From Chloroflexota bacterium (GTDB taxonomy: Bacteria; Chloroflexota; Limnocylindria; QHBO01): a stretch of 48,679 bases of DNA. Below the pieces are notes generated by a model. That model made no database searches, was not told the DNA's origin, and saw only the letters and a program-made list of their open reading frames with translations. Location: contig JACDBS010000117.1 in NCBI GenBank assembly GCA_013694795.1, positions 1-48,679 on the forward strand, given 5' to 3'. Each line of letters begins with the position of its first letter. The stretch's first letter is position 1. This document shows, piece by piece, positions 1 through 8,818 of this stretch. The translations under genes were made by a program, and so were the position numbers.

Positions 1-68
1 CGGGCGTCAGAGGCGGTGCTGCAGCATCGATTCGACCCAACCCGAACCAATCCAAAGGAGGACGGTCG

Positions 69-1130
69 ATGCGACGTCCATGGCTCTCGCTCGCGGTCGC
101 AACGACCGCCCTGCTCATCACCGCCGCGCCCACGCTGGCATGCGGCGGCCTCATCGGCCCGAACGGGGCCGTCAACCTACTTCGCACCACGACCTTCGCG
201 GGCTACACCGACGGCGTGGAGCACTACGTCACCAGTTTCGAGTTCGCCGGTGGCGGCGGCTCCTTCGGTAGCATCACCCCTCTGCCCGGTATCCCGACTG
301 ACGTCGTCCGCGGCGGTGACTGGACCCTCCAGCGCCTGATCCGCGAGACGGATCCGGTCGAGGAATCCGCCTTCCGCGCTCTCGCCACGGCAGATGCCGC
401 GGGCGAAGCGGAGGTCCTGCTCGAAACCACGATCGACGCGCTCGACATCACCATCCTGCGCGGTGGCGGCGACGAAGTCGGCCTGTGGGCCAAGAACCAC
501 GGCTTCCGCCTTCCGCCCGACGCGCCCGAGGTGCTCGACTTCTATGCCGACCGCAGCCCCATCTTCATGGCCGCCGCCTTCGACGCCGATGCGGCCGCGG
601 AGCGAGGTCAGGCGATCGGTGACGGCACGCCGGTGCACCTGACCATCCCGACCGACAATCCGTGGGTGCCCCTGCGCATCCTGGGCCTGGGCAAGGCCGC
701 GGCCGAGACGGTCGAGGCCGACGTCTACCTCCTGACCGATGCCAAGCCGGCCCTGCTACCCAACGCGGGCGCGTTCGCCGAGTCCGATGGCCTGCTCCTC
801 GACCACAGTGCCGCGGCCAGCGATCTGCTCCTGGCCGACCTGCGTTCCGACGTCGGCATGGAGTGGGTTCCCGATGAGGCCTGGCTGACCAAGGTGGTCA
901 TCGACACGGCTGCCGGAGACCTGGACTTCGATCTCGCCATCGATGCATCGGGCGCCGGCAAGCCATCGGCCATCGATGCCGGATACGCGCCGTTCACCAG
1001 CAACCCTGCACCCGGTGCGCCGGTGGGCCTGTACTTCCTGTTCGCCGCCATGACCCTGGTGGCGGTGCCCGTCGCGGTCGAGCGCGTCGGCTCCGGTCGA
1101 CCGGGCGGCCGTCCACCGGCCGCGGCATGA
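69..1130 (+). CDS. DUF2330-like exported protein with C-terminal membrane anchor
   Basis: 353-aa ORF. Signal-like N-terminus ends ...APTLACGG; the CGG right after the signal matches my recollection of the DUF2330 family. Hydrophobic C-terminal segment LYFLFAAMTLVAVPVAV. Its stop overlaps the next start (ATGA at 1127-1130). Confidence 0.65.
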   Translation: MRRPWLSLAVATTALLITAAPTLACGGLIGPNGAVNLLRTTTFAGYTDGVEHYVTSFEFAGGGGSFGSITPLPGIPTDVVRGGDWTLQRLIRETDPVEESAFRALATADAAGEAEVLLETTIDALDITILRGGGDEVGLWAKNHGFRLPPDAPEVLDFYADRSPIFMAAAFDADAAAERGQAIGDGTPVHLTIPTDNPWVPLRILGLGKAAAETVEADVYLLTDAKPALLPNAGAFAESDGLLLDHSAAASDLLLADLRSDVGMEWVPDEAWLTKVVIDTAAGDLDFDLAIDASGAGKPSAIDAGYAPFTSNPAPGAPVGLYFLFAAMTLVAVPVAVERVGSGRPGGRPPAAA

Positions 1131-1528
1131 GCCTGGTACGCCGTTCGGCGGTCGTCGCGCTGCTCCTTGCGGTTGCGGCGATCGCCGGCTGTGCCGCCAC
1201 GCCACGCACCGTCACGCTGAACATCCACTACTCGGCCTTCGACCTCGACCGGCTCACCGTCCCACGCGGCGTGCCGGTGACATTCGTGCTCGTCAACGAG
1301 GATCCCATCGACCACGAGTGGCTCATCGGCGATGCCGCGTTCCACGACGCGCACCGGACCGGCACGCACGCGACGCACGGGGAATCGCCGACCGAGGTCA
1401 CCGTCCCGGCCCTCGAGACGGTCACCACCACCATCACGTTCGATGACCCCGGAACGATGCTCTACATCTGCCACCTCCCCGGGCACGAGGCCTTCGGCAT
1501 GGTCGGCACCCTGACCGTCGAAGGTTGA
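1127..1528 (+). CDS. cupredoxin (type-1 blue copper) lipoprotein
   Basis: 133 aa. Lipobox-like LAVAAIAGC. Upstream His in DHEW, then C-terminal ligand set YICHLPGHEAFGM (Cys-x4-His-x4-Met), typical of the plastocyanin/azurin fold. Translationally coupled to the upstream ORF. Confidence 0.75.
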   Translation: MSLVRRSAVVALLLAVAAIAGCAATPRTVTLNIHYSAFDLDRLTVPRGVPVTFVLVNEDPIDHEWLIGDAAFHDAHRTGTHATHGESPTEVTVPALETVTTTITFDDPGTMLYICHLPGHEAFGMVGTLTVEG

Positions 1529-1549
1529 CGCGTTTCCTATACTCCGGTC

Positions 1550-1777
1550 GTGCTGCGCCCGAATCCGCCCAAGCTCGTGACCGTCGTCATCGCCCTGGCG
1601 CTCATCCTGGTCGGCCTGTCGGCCACCGTCTTCCCGATCGACTTCGTCAACGCGGCGCTCGATCTCGTCCAGTCGACGCTCGGGACGAATATCGAGGTCA
1701 CGACCGAGATCGCGTGGCTCTTCCTCCTGGCCGGTGACGCCCTGCTCATCGCCGGCTCGTTGTTGCCGGGGATCTGA
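1550..1777 (+). CDS. small two-TM membrane protein (paralog 1)
   Basis: 75-aa ORF with GTG start and two hydrophobic helices. Ends ...LLIAGSLLPGI; similar layout and C-terminus to the next ORF. Confidence 0.5.
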   Translation: MLRPNPPKLVTVVIALALILVGLSATVFPIDFVNAALDLVQSTLGTNIEVTTEIAWLFLLAGDALLIAGSLLPGI

Positions 1778-1781
1778 TCAG

Positions 1782-1979
1782 ATGGGCCGACGCATGAACT
1801 TCGCTCCGCGCATGCCGACCATCATCGTGGCGCTGGTTCTCGTCCTCATCGGCGTCATCGGTACCTTCGGTGCCATGCTGCCCAGCCTGGCCGGCATGTC
1901 GTCTCAGGTGCTCGGCGCCTGGTCGTTCGTCGTCGCAGCCGTGGTGATGATCGCCGGGATGATCTTCACCGGGATCTAG
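1782..1979 (+). CDS. small two-TM membrane protein (paralog 2)
   Basis: Internal ATG at 1782 of track ORF 1734..1979 (MGRRMNFAPRMPTIIVALVLVLIGV...). Ends ...VMIAGMIFTGI, matching the ...IAGxxxxGI end of the preceding ORF. Confidence 0.5.
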   Translation: MGRRMNFAPRMPTIIVALVLVLIGVIGTFGAMLPSLAGMSSQVLGAWSFVVAAVVMIAGMIFTGI

Positions 1980-2791
1980 GCCGCGGCCTCCGGCACGCCG
2001 AGCAGGATCGGCAGGATGCTGCCGAAGAAGTAGCCTGCCACGCCGGCGATTGCCCCCAGCACCACGATCTCGAGGCCGGAGCTCCACCAGGACCGATGCG
2101 TCCATCGGCTCTTGACCACCCCGATGCTGAACAGGACCACGAGCGTAGCGCTCACGGAGCCGATGACGGCCACGCCGCCGGTCAGCAGCAGGTGCGGCAC
2201 GATGGGCGGGATGGCGCCCAGGCCGAACGCGGCGCCCATCACGAGGGCGCCCTGGAGCGGCGATCCGCCACCCTCCGCCACGGTCAGGCCAAGCTCCTTT
2301 TCCACCATCGTCTTGAGCAGCGTGTCGGGGTGCCCGGCCATGATCCGTGCGACCTCGAGCGCCCTGTCGTGGGGCAGGCCGTCCTCCTCGAACATGTAGG
2401 CGACCTCGGCCTCTGCCTCGCCCGGCCGCTCATGAACCTCTTCGCGCTCGTCCACGATCTGGGCGTCGAAGATCTCGCGCTGGCTCTTGCTGCCGATGTA
2501 CTCGCCGGCGGCCATGCTGAAGATCCCTGCCAGCCCCGATGCGATGCCGGCCACGAGCACGGCATACCGGTTGTCACCCGCGGTGGCACCGGCCACGGTG
2601 CTCACCACGGCCAGCGTGCTGACCAGGCCGTCCTGGGCGCCGAAGATCGCTTCCCGTACCTCTCCCAGGATGCCGGCCTTGCGACGCTCATCGCCCAGGT
2701 GTGCCGCCAGGAAGTCGTGGTCGAACTCGTGCGCAGCCATGCCTGCGCGCGCGTCCTCATCGGCCATGAGCTCGGCGGTCCGTTCGTCCAT
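1976..2791 (-). CDS. VIT1/CCC1-family iron/manganese transporter
   Basis: Motif EAIFGAQDGLVSTLAVVSTVAG, acidic central cytoplasmic segment and C-terminal TM helices. Start chosen at internal ATG 2791 (MDERTAEL...); the 37 residues upstream in the track ORF look non-coding. Confidence 0.85.
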   Translation of the reverse strand: MDERTAELMADEDARAGMAAHEFDHDFLAAHLGDERRKAGILGEVREAIFGAQDGLVSTLAVVSTVAGATAGDNRYAVLVAGIASGLAGIFSMAAGEYIGSKSQREIFDAQIVDEREEVHERPGEAEAEVAYMFEEDGLPHDRALEVARIMAGHPDTLLKTMVEKELGLTVAEGGGSPLQGALVMGAAFGLGAIPPIVPHLLLTGGVAVIGSVSATLVVLFSIGVVKSRWTHRSWWSSGLEIVVLGAIAGVAGYFFGSILPILLGVPEAAA

Positions 2792-2887
2792 TGAACCGAT
2801 GCTAGCCGAGGCGGGTACGTCGCGTGACGGAACCTTCCGCGCCGCCGCAGCGTCCGGACGGCAACATCGCCGGGAGGAAAGGATCCC

Positions 2888-3802
2888 ATGCGGCCACGTC
2901 ACCTGACACCAAACCGCGCGGTCTTTCTGTCAATCCTCGTCCTCTTGGCCCTGGCCCTGTCGGCCTGTGGCGCCGCATCGACCGGGGCTCTTTCGGACGA
3001 GGACCGCCAGGGTGGCGACGATGCAGCGGGCGGGGCGCCGGCCCCGGCGGCGTCGGAAGACCGCGAAACCACGACCACGGGCCCCGAAGGCCCAGGCGGC
3101 AATGCCGCGCTGGTCGAGCAGCGGATCATCAAGACCGGCGAGGTCGCCGTCGAGGTCGACAACGTGGCCGTCATCCTGGCCCGCGTGCGCGTCATGGCCG
3201 ACGAGCTGGGTGGCTACGTGGGTGGTTCGCAGGCGGGCACGCTCGATGAGAGCGCATCGCTCACCCTCCGTATCCCGGCCGCTCGATTCGATGAGCTGCT
3301 CGCCCGGCTGCACGAGATGGACGAGGTGGAGGTCGTCTCGGAGGCGACCAACGAGCAGGACGTGACACGCGATATCGTCGACCTCGAGGCGCGGATCAGA
3401 AACCTGGAGGCCTCCGAGGAGTCGTACCGCGTGCTCCTCGACCGGGCCGAGAAGGTCGACGACATCCTTGCCGTCCAGTCGCGCCTGGACGAGGTGCGCG
3501 GCCAGATCGAGCAGCTCACCGGGCAGCTCCAGACCGTCGAGGGGCAGGCCGATCTGTCGACCCTGACGGTCACCATCATTCCGCGCGGCGAGCCCGTCGC
3601 GGCGGCGCAGGCGGCGTGGGACCCGGGCGCTCAATTCGAGAGCGCGGTCGCTGCACTCGTGGGGCTGGGCCAGGGCATCCTCAACGCGCTCATCTGGCTC
3701 GTCATCGTCTGGATCCCGATCCTGCTGGTACTGGGCGTGATCGGGCTCCTCATCTGGCGCGGGATCCTGGAGGTCCGGCGACGCATGCCGGCACAGCGAT
3801 GA
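2888..3802 (+). CDS. DUF4349-like lipoprotein with C-terminal TM helices
   Basis: 304 aa. Lipobox LALALSAC. Central coiled-coil region (DLEARIRNLEASEESYRVLLDRA...VRGQIEQLTGQL). C-terminal hydrophobic WLVIVWIPILLVLGVIGLLIW. SD ggaggaaagg lies upstream. Confidence 0.7.
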   Translation: MRPRHLTPNRAVFLSILVLLALALSACGAASTGALSDEDRQGGDDAAGGAPAPAASEDRETTTTGPEGPGGNAALVEQRIIKTGEVAVEVDNVAVILARVRVMADELGGYVGGSQAGTLDESASLTLRIPAARFDELLARLHEMDEVEVVSEATNEQDVTRDIVDLEARIRNLEASEESYRVLLDRAEKVDDILAVQSRLDEVRGQIEQLTGQLQTVEGQADLSTLTVTIIPRGEPVAAAQAAWDPGAQFESAVAALVGLGQGILNALIWLVIVWIPILLVLGVIGLLIWRGILEVRRRMPAQR

Positions 3803-3859
3803 GCTAGACTGCGCGGCGAGTCCTTTAAGACCGGCACGGTGATGCCGGAAAGGAGATCG

Positions 3860-5023
3860 ATGCCGATTGCCGCGCAGCAAACCGAACCTGACACGACGCC
3901 GGCCGCCACGGAGCGGTTGGCGTCGTTTTCGTCTCCCGGCCTGCTGGCCCTCGAGGGTGGGATGGTCGTCCGCGGCGCGCTGCACGGGAGCCGCCTGGCG
4001 GCCGAGGGCGACCTCGTCTTCACCACCGCGGCCACCGGCTGGGGCGAGATCCTGACCGATCCGTCCTACGCCGGCCAGATGGTGGTGCTGACCCACCCCA
4101 TGGCCGGCAGCTACCGCATCGCGCGCGGCGAGCTCGAGTCGTCTCAGGTTCACGCGCGCGGCCTGGTGGTCACCCGAATGGTGGACCCGCCGCCCGGTCC
4201 GGGCCTCTCGCTCAACGACCTCCTGGTCGAAGGAGGCGTCCCGGCCCTCAGCGGTGTCGACACCCGCGCCCTCACGCTCCACCTGCGGGGAGGCGCCGCG
4301 CGACGCGCAGTCGTGGCGCCGGCCGAGACCACCGAGGACGTTGCGATCGAGATGGCGCGGAGCAGCGTCGCCTGGGATACCGTCGACCATGTGTCGGCGG
4401 TGGCCACGCGCGACCCATTCGTGGTGGCGCCCGTGGGCGCACGGCGGGCAAGGGCGGTGCTCATCGACTACGGGGTCAAGCGCTCGTTGCTCGTTGCTCT
4501 CGCGTCACGCGGGATCGAGGTCGTCGGCATGCCGCCCGGCTCGTCGCACGCCGACGTGGCGGCAGTCAACGCGGACATCGTCGTCCTGTCGCCGGGCCCG
4601 GGTGACCCGTCGCGGATGAGCCCGCAGATCGCGACGGTGCGTGCACTGGCGGCGGATGCCATCGACGGAGGCGCGCCAATCCTGGGAATCTGCCTGGGTC
4701 ACCAACTGCTGGCGCTGGCGGCCGGAGCCGAGACGCGTCGCCTGGCGGTCGGGCATCACGGCGGCAACCACGCGGTGCTGGAAGTGGCGACCGGACGCGT
4801 CGACATCGGCGCGCACAACCACGAGGTGGAGGTCATCGACGGCCCTGCGCTCGCGGCGGCGGGGTACCGCGTGAGCCATCGAGATCTCAACGACGGCACC
4901 GTCGAGGGGCTGGTGCACGGCAGCGGCCGCATCGCATCCGTCCAGTTCCATCCGGAGGGCGCGCCCGGGCCGATCGACGCGGCGCGCGTCTTCGACCGGG
5001 CCCTTGAGCGCGCCCTGGCATGA
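3860..5023 (+). CDS. carA: carbamoyl-phosphate synthase small (glutaminase) subunit
   Basis: N-domain motif GEILTDPSYAGQMVVLTHPMAGSY. Class-I amidotransferase nucleophile elbow GICLGHQLL and C-terminal HPE. Start at ATG 3860 is preceded by aaggag; the track ORF starts at GTG 3839. The stop overlaps the carB start (ATGA). Confidence 0.9.
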   Translation: MPIAAQQTEPDTTPAATERLASFSSPGLLALEGGMVVRGALHGSRLAAEGDLVFTTAATGWGEILTDPSYAGQMVVLTHPMAGSYRIARGELESSQVHARGLVVTRMVDPPPGPGLSLNDLLVEGGVPALSGVDTRALTLHLRGGAARRAVVAPAETTEDVAIEMARSSVAWDTVDHVSAVATRDPFVVAPVGARRARAVLIDYGVKRSLLVALASRGIEVVGMPPGSSHADVAAVNADIVVLSPGPGDPSRMSPQIATVRALAADAIDGGAPILGICLGHQLLALAAGAETRRLAVGHHGGNHAVLEVATGRVDIGAHNHEVEVIDGPALAAAGYRVSHRDLNDGTVEGLVHGSGRIASVQFHPEGAPGPIDAARVFDRALERALA

Positions 5024-7818
5024 CGGCTCCGAGCAGGGTCCTGGTCATCGGCTCTGGACCGATCCTGATCGGCCAGGCGGCGGAGTTCGACTACGCCGGC
5101 GTGCAGGCCTGCCTGGCCCTGCGCGAGGAGGGAATCGAGACCGTCCTCGTCAACTCGAACCCCGCCACCGTGATGACCGATCCCGACGTGGGCGGCACCG
5201 TGATCATCTGCCCGCTGACCATCGAGCACGTGACACGGGTGATCGAGGAGCATCGGCCGGATGCGCTGCTGCCGACCCTGGGCGGTCAGACCGGGCTGAA
5301 CCTGGCGGTGGCGCTCGACGATGCCGGCATCCTGGAGCGCTTCGGCGTGCGGGTGCTCGGCACGCCTCTGACCGCTGTGCGCGCTGCCGAGGACCGCGGT
5401 GGCTTCCGCGACCTCGTCATCGGCATCGGCGAGCCGGTGCCGGAGTCTGCCGTGGTCGAGAGCCTCGACGACGGGATGCGCTTCGTCGAGGTGCTCAACG
5501 CGCCCATCGTGGTGCGACCGGCATACACGCTGGGCGGCGGCGGTGGCGGCTTCGCGCACACGGCCGGCGAGGCGCGGGAGCGGATCGTGGCCGGCCTGGC
5601 GGCGAGCCCCATCGGCCAGGTGCTGGTGGAGCGCAGCCTCCTGGGCTGGTACGAGATCGAGTTCGAGGTTCTGCGTGACGCGAACGACACCACCATCGCC
5701 ATCTGCGGCATCGAGAACCTGGACCCGATGGGCGTCCACACCGGCGATTCGATCGTGGTCGCGCCCATCCAGACGCTGCCCGATCCGCTGGTCCAGCGCC
5801 TGCGCCGCTGCGCGCTGAAGATCGTGCGCGCCCTGAAGCTCGAGGGCGGGTGCAACGTCCAACTGGCGGTCGCGCCGGACGGGTCTGACTATCGCGTGAT
5901 CGAGGTCAACCCGCGCGTCTCGCGCTCATCCGCGCTGGCGTCCAAGGCGACCGGCTACCCGATCGCGCGCATCGCGGCACTCATCGCGCTGGGCAAGCGC
6001 CTGCACGAGATGCCGAACCCCGCCACCGGCGGCAATAGCGCGGCATTCGAGCCGGCGGTCGACTACGTCGTCGTCAAGCTGCCGCGCTGGCCGTTCGACA
6101 AGTTTCCCACCGCGGACCGCTCGTTGGGCGTGCAGATGAAGGCGACCGGTGAGGCGATGGCCATTGACCGAGAGTTCGGCTCGGCCCTGCTCAAGGCGAT
6201 CCGCTCGCTCGAGCCCCGCGGGCGCGGCTGGCTGTGGGAGGACCCGGCCTGGCAACTCGGCCATCGGCGACCCCACGACCTCGAGTCATTCCTGGCGCCC
6301 ACGGATACGCGCCTGTGGCGGATGATCGGCCTCCTGCGTCATGGCCGGACCGGTGCGCCAGCCATCTCGGCCGTGACCGGCATCGCCCCCTGGTTCACCG
6401 ATCGCCTGGCCGAGTTGGTCGAGGCCGAATCGCGGGTCGTCGGGGCGCCGCTGCTCGACGCCAAGCGCATCGGCTTCGGTGACGCCGATATCGCCGCCCT
6501 GTCCGGCGTGCCGCCCGTGGCCATCCGGCGCGCGCGCGTGCGCGCCGGCATCGGTCCGGCTTACCGCCGGGTGGACACCTGCGCCGGCGAGTTCCCGGCT
6601 GAGACGCCGTATTTCTACTCGAGCTACGCGGAGGCCGAGGTGCGCGCCCCGGCCGAACGGCAGAGCGTCATCGTGGTCGGATCGGGACCGATCCGCATCG
6701 GACAGGGGATCGAGTTCGACTACTGCTCCGTGCGCGCCGCGTGGGCCATTCGCGAGATGGGGCTGGACGCGGTGGTGATCAACAACAACCCCGAGACCGT
6801 CAGCACCGATTACGACGCCTGCACGCGCCTCTACTTCGAGCCGCTCGACACCGAGAGCGTTCTCGACGTCATTGACCACGAACGCGCGCTGACCGGCACC
6901 CCGCCGGCGGTGGTGCTCACGTTCGGTGGGCAGACGGCGATCGACCTGGCCAAGGACCTGGCTTACGCCGACGTGCCGATCGCCGGGCTGACGGCCGAGG
7001 CAATCGAGATCACCGAGGACCGCGAGCGGTTCGCCGGGCTGCTCGATGAGCTTGGCCTGGAAGGGCCACGCGGCTCACTGGCGTCCGATGCCGACAGTCT
7101 GCGCGCCTCGATCGGCGCCCTCGGCGGTCTCCCGGTCATCGTGCGGCCGTCATGGGTGATCGGCGGGCGCGGGATCGCCGTGCTCCGTACGCCGCTGGAC
7201 CTCGCGTCGTATCTGACCACCACTGAGATCGGCTGGCCCTTGCGCGTCGACGCGCTGGTGGCGGGGATCGAGCTGGACGTTGATGTCATCAGCGACGGAA
7301 CCGATTGGTGCGTGCCGGGCATCCTGGAGCAGGTCGACCCGCCGGGCGTGCATTCCGGCGACAGCGTGGGCGTCCTGCCCCCCCAACACCTTTCGAGACC
7401 GATGCAGGAGCGAGCTGCCGAGGCGGCCGGACGGATCGCGCTGGCGCTCGGCGTGCGCGGCATCCTCAACGTGCAGATGATCGCCAGCGATGAGCGGGTC
7501 GTGGTGATCGAGGCCAATCCGCGCGCAAGCCGGACCGTGCCGATCGTGGCCAAGGCGGTTGGCCTCGACGTGGTCGCCGCAGCGGTGCGCTGCGCTCTCG
7601 GGGCGACGCTGGCATCGGTCGGGCTGGCGGCCGGGCTGGCTGAGGACGGCGGGGAAGTGGCGGTCAAGGTACCGGTCGGTTCCCTCTGGCGCCTGCCGGG
7701 CGTCAGCTCAGAGCTTGGACCCGAGATGCGCTCGACCGGTGAGGTGCTGGGCCTGGCGACCAGCGCGTCCGCGGCGCACGCGCTGGCCCGTGAGGCGGCT
7801 GCCACCCACGGCGGTTGA
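5020..7818 (+). CDS. carB: carbamoyl-phosphate synthase large subunit, short form without C-terminal allosteric (MGS-like) domain
   Basis: Two ATP-grasp halves: VLVIGSGPILIGQAAEFDYAG... and VIVVGSGPIRIGQGIEFDYC..., each with IEVNPR/IEANPR and (K/R)(A/S)TGE motifs. The ORF is 932 aa and ends about 20 residues after MRSTGEVLG. Confidence 0.9.
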   Translation: MTAPSRVLVIGSGPILIGQAAEFDYAGVQACLALREEGIETVLVNSNPATVMTDPDVGGTVIICPLTIEHVTRVIEEHRPDALLPTLGGQTGLNLAVALDDAGILERFGVRVLGTPLTAVRAAEDRGGFRDLVIGIGEPVPESAVVESLDDGMRFVEVLNAPIVVRPAYTLGGGGGGFAHTAGEARERIVAGLAASPIGQVLVERSLLGWYEIEFEVLRDANDTTIAICGIENLDPMGVHTGDSIVVAPIQTLPDPLVQRLRRCALKIVRALKLEGGCNVQLAVAPDGSDYRVIEVNPRVSRSSALASKATGYPIARIAALIALGKRLHEMPNPATGGNSAAFEPAVDYVVVKLPRWPFDKFPTADRSLGVQMKATGEAMAIDREFGSALLKAIRSLEPRGRGWLWEDPAWQLGHRRPHDLESFLAPTDTRLWRMIGLLRHGRTGAPAISAVTGIAPWFTDRLAELVEAESRVVGAPLLDAKRIGFGDADIAALSGVPPVAIRRARVRAGIGPAYRRVDTCAGEFPAETPYFYSSYAEAEVRAPAERQSVIVVGSGPIRIGQGIEFDYCSVRAAWAIREMGLDAVVINNNPETVSTDYDACTRLYFEPLDTESVLDVIDHERALTGTPPAVVLTFGGQTAIDLAKDLAYADVPIAGLTAEAIEITEDRERFAGLLDELGLEGPRGSLASDADSLRASIGALGGLPVIVRPSWVIGGRGIAVLRTPLDLASYLTTTEIGWPLRVDALVAGIELDVDVISDGTDWCVPGILEQVDPPGVHSGDSVGVLPPQHLSRPMQERAAEAAGRIALALGVRGILNVQMIASDERVVVIEANPRASRTVPIVAKAVGLDVVAAAVRCALGATLASVGLAAGLAEDGGEVAVKVPVGSLWRLPGVSSELGPEMRSTGEVLGLATSASAAHALAREAAATHGG

Positions 7819-7836
7819 TGGTGGGCATGAAGTGAG

Positions 7837-7880
7837 GGCCGTCAGGTTCCAGATACGGAGGGTCCTGGAACCCGACGGCC
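7837..7880. terminator. long GC-rich hairpin downstream of carB
   Basis: GGCCGTCaGGTTCCAG-12 nt loop-CTGGAACCcGACGGCC gives 15 bp with one a/c mismatch. It begins 19 nt after the carB stop. There is no U-tract. Confidence 0.4.
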
Positions 7881-8076
7881 CCGAGAAGACGCCCCAAGCC
7901 ATGGCCATCGCGAACGGGATGAAGCCGCAACATGTCGCGTCTGGCCCGAGCTTCCGTCGGCGACGGGCTCCATCACGATGTTCGGCGATACCCGGTTACT
8001 TGTTGCTGTCTTACGCGGTCCAACCACAGCAAGTTGCGTGCCCGCTGGCGCTGGTGCCGCAACGGGATCTTCCCCC

Positions 8077-8709
8077 TCAACGGCGTCGCCTGGCGTCGCC
8101 GCTGAGCTGCGTCTGGCGGCGACGAAGATAGCCGCCGTACCATCCCCCCAGGAAGCCGAGGCCGGCCTGGTACACGGCGCGCAGCGTGAGGTCCGGCAGC
8201 ACTTGCCCCGGAGGGAGCGTGTCAGGACCCACGCCCATCTGCCCCAGCTGAACGAGGATCAGCACGGTCACCAGCACGTAGCTGAGCAGTGAGGCGGCCG
8301 TCCCGAACAACGTGGGGCGCTGCCAGCCGAACCAGCCGGCGGCGATGAGCGAGCCGAACAGTACGAAGGTGCCGAGCAGGCCAAGGATCGAGTTGCCGTA
8401 GAGGACACTGGCGAGGTAGCCGACGAAGGCGAGCACGCCAGGGGGGACCCAGGCCATCAGGTTGCGCCGCAGCAGGAACAACCGCTCGCGCACCGGTCGC
8501 AGCGGCCCGGACGCATCGAAGCCGGCGAGCGGGTCCGGCTTGTTCGGCAGCGGCGGAGCGGGCGGGAAGAGGCGTTGGAGGAAGCCGCCTCCGCGCGGCG
8601 TCGCCTCGGGCTCGAACTCGTCGACGTCATCTTCACGACGCTCGCCGCGGGAGGCTAGGCGCGCGCGGCGGCGTGCTTCGGCGCGCTCGTCGGCAGATCG
8701 AGTGGACAT
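8077..8709 (-). CDS. hypothetical membrane protein with Arg/Glu-rich N-terminal cytoplasmic region
   Basis: Start chosen at internal ATG 8709 (MSTRSADERAEARRRARL...). About four hydrophobic helices in the C-terminal half. No family recognised. Confidence 0.55.
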   Translation of the reverse strand: MSTRSADERAEARRRARLASRGERREDDVDEFEPEATPRGGGFLQRLFPPAPPLPNKPDPLAGFDASGPLRPVRERLFLLRRNLMAWVPPGVLAFVGYLASVLYGNSILGLLGTFVLFGSLIAAGWFGWQRPTLFGTAASLLSYVLVTVLILVQLGQMGVGPDTLPPGQVLPDLTLRAVYQAGLGFLGGWYGGYLRRRQTQLSGDARRRR

Positions 8710-8818
8710 GGGCGGCGATTGTACTGTGAGCGGGCGGTAAGCGGCCGGTAAGCGAACGATAAGGACGCATCCGCCATGCTGCGGCTGCCTGCACCCCTCC
8801 ACCTGGTCGAGGTGTGCC

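Noticed and set aside
2792-2887. Metal riboswitch (yybP-ykoY type) upstream of the VIT1-family transporter
   Set aside because: The divergent gap is only 96 nt. The minus-strand leader lacks the conserved GGGGAGUAG-type core that I associate with that riboswitch.
2930-4390. 486-aa minus-strand ORF, and similar long ORFs at 4756..5862, 13460..14575, 14582..16123, 15919..17586, 20092..21339 and 31555..33090
   Set aside because: All are antisense to strongly supported genes (the DUF4349 gene, carA, carB, the ROK kinase gene, gap, pgk, eno, the VanW gene and lepA, dnaJ and prmA). All have Arg/Gly/Pro-rich artefactual composition.
7819-8076. Remnant of the missing CarB allosteric domain downstream of the stop
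   Set aside because: I translated all three forward frames by eye. None resembles an MGS-like domain, and all are short or compositionally non-protein-like.
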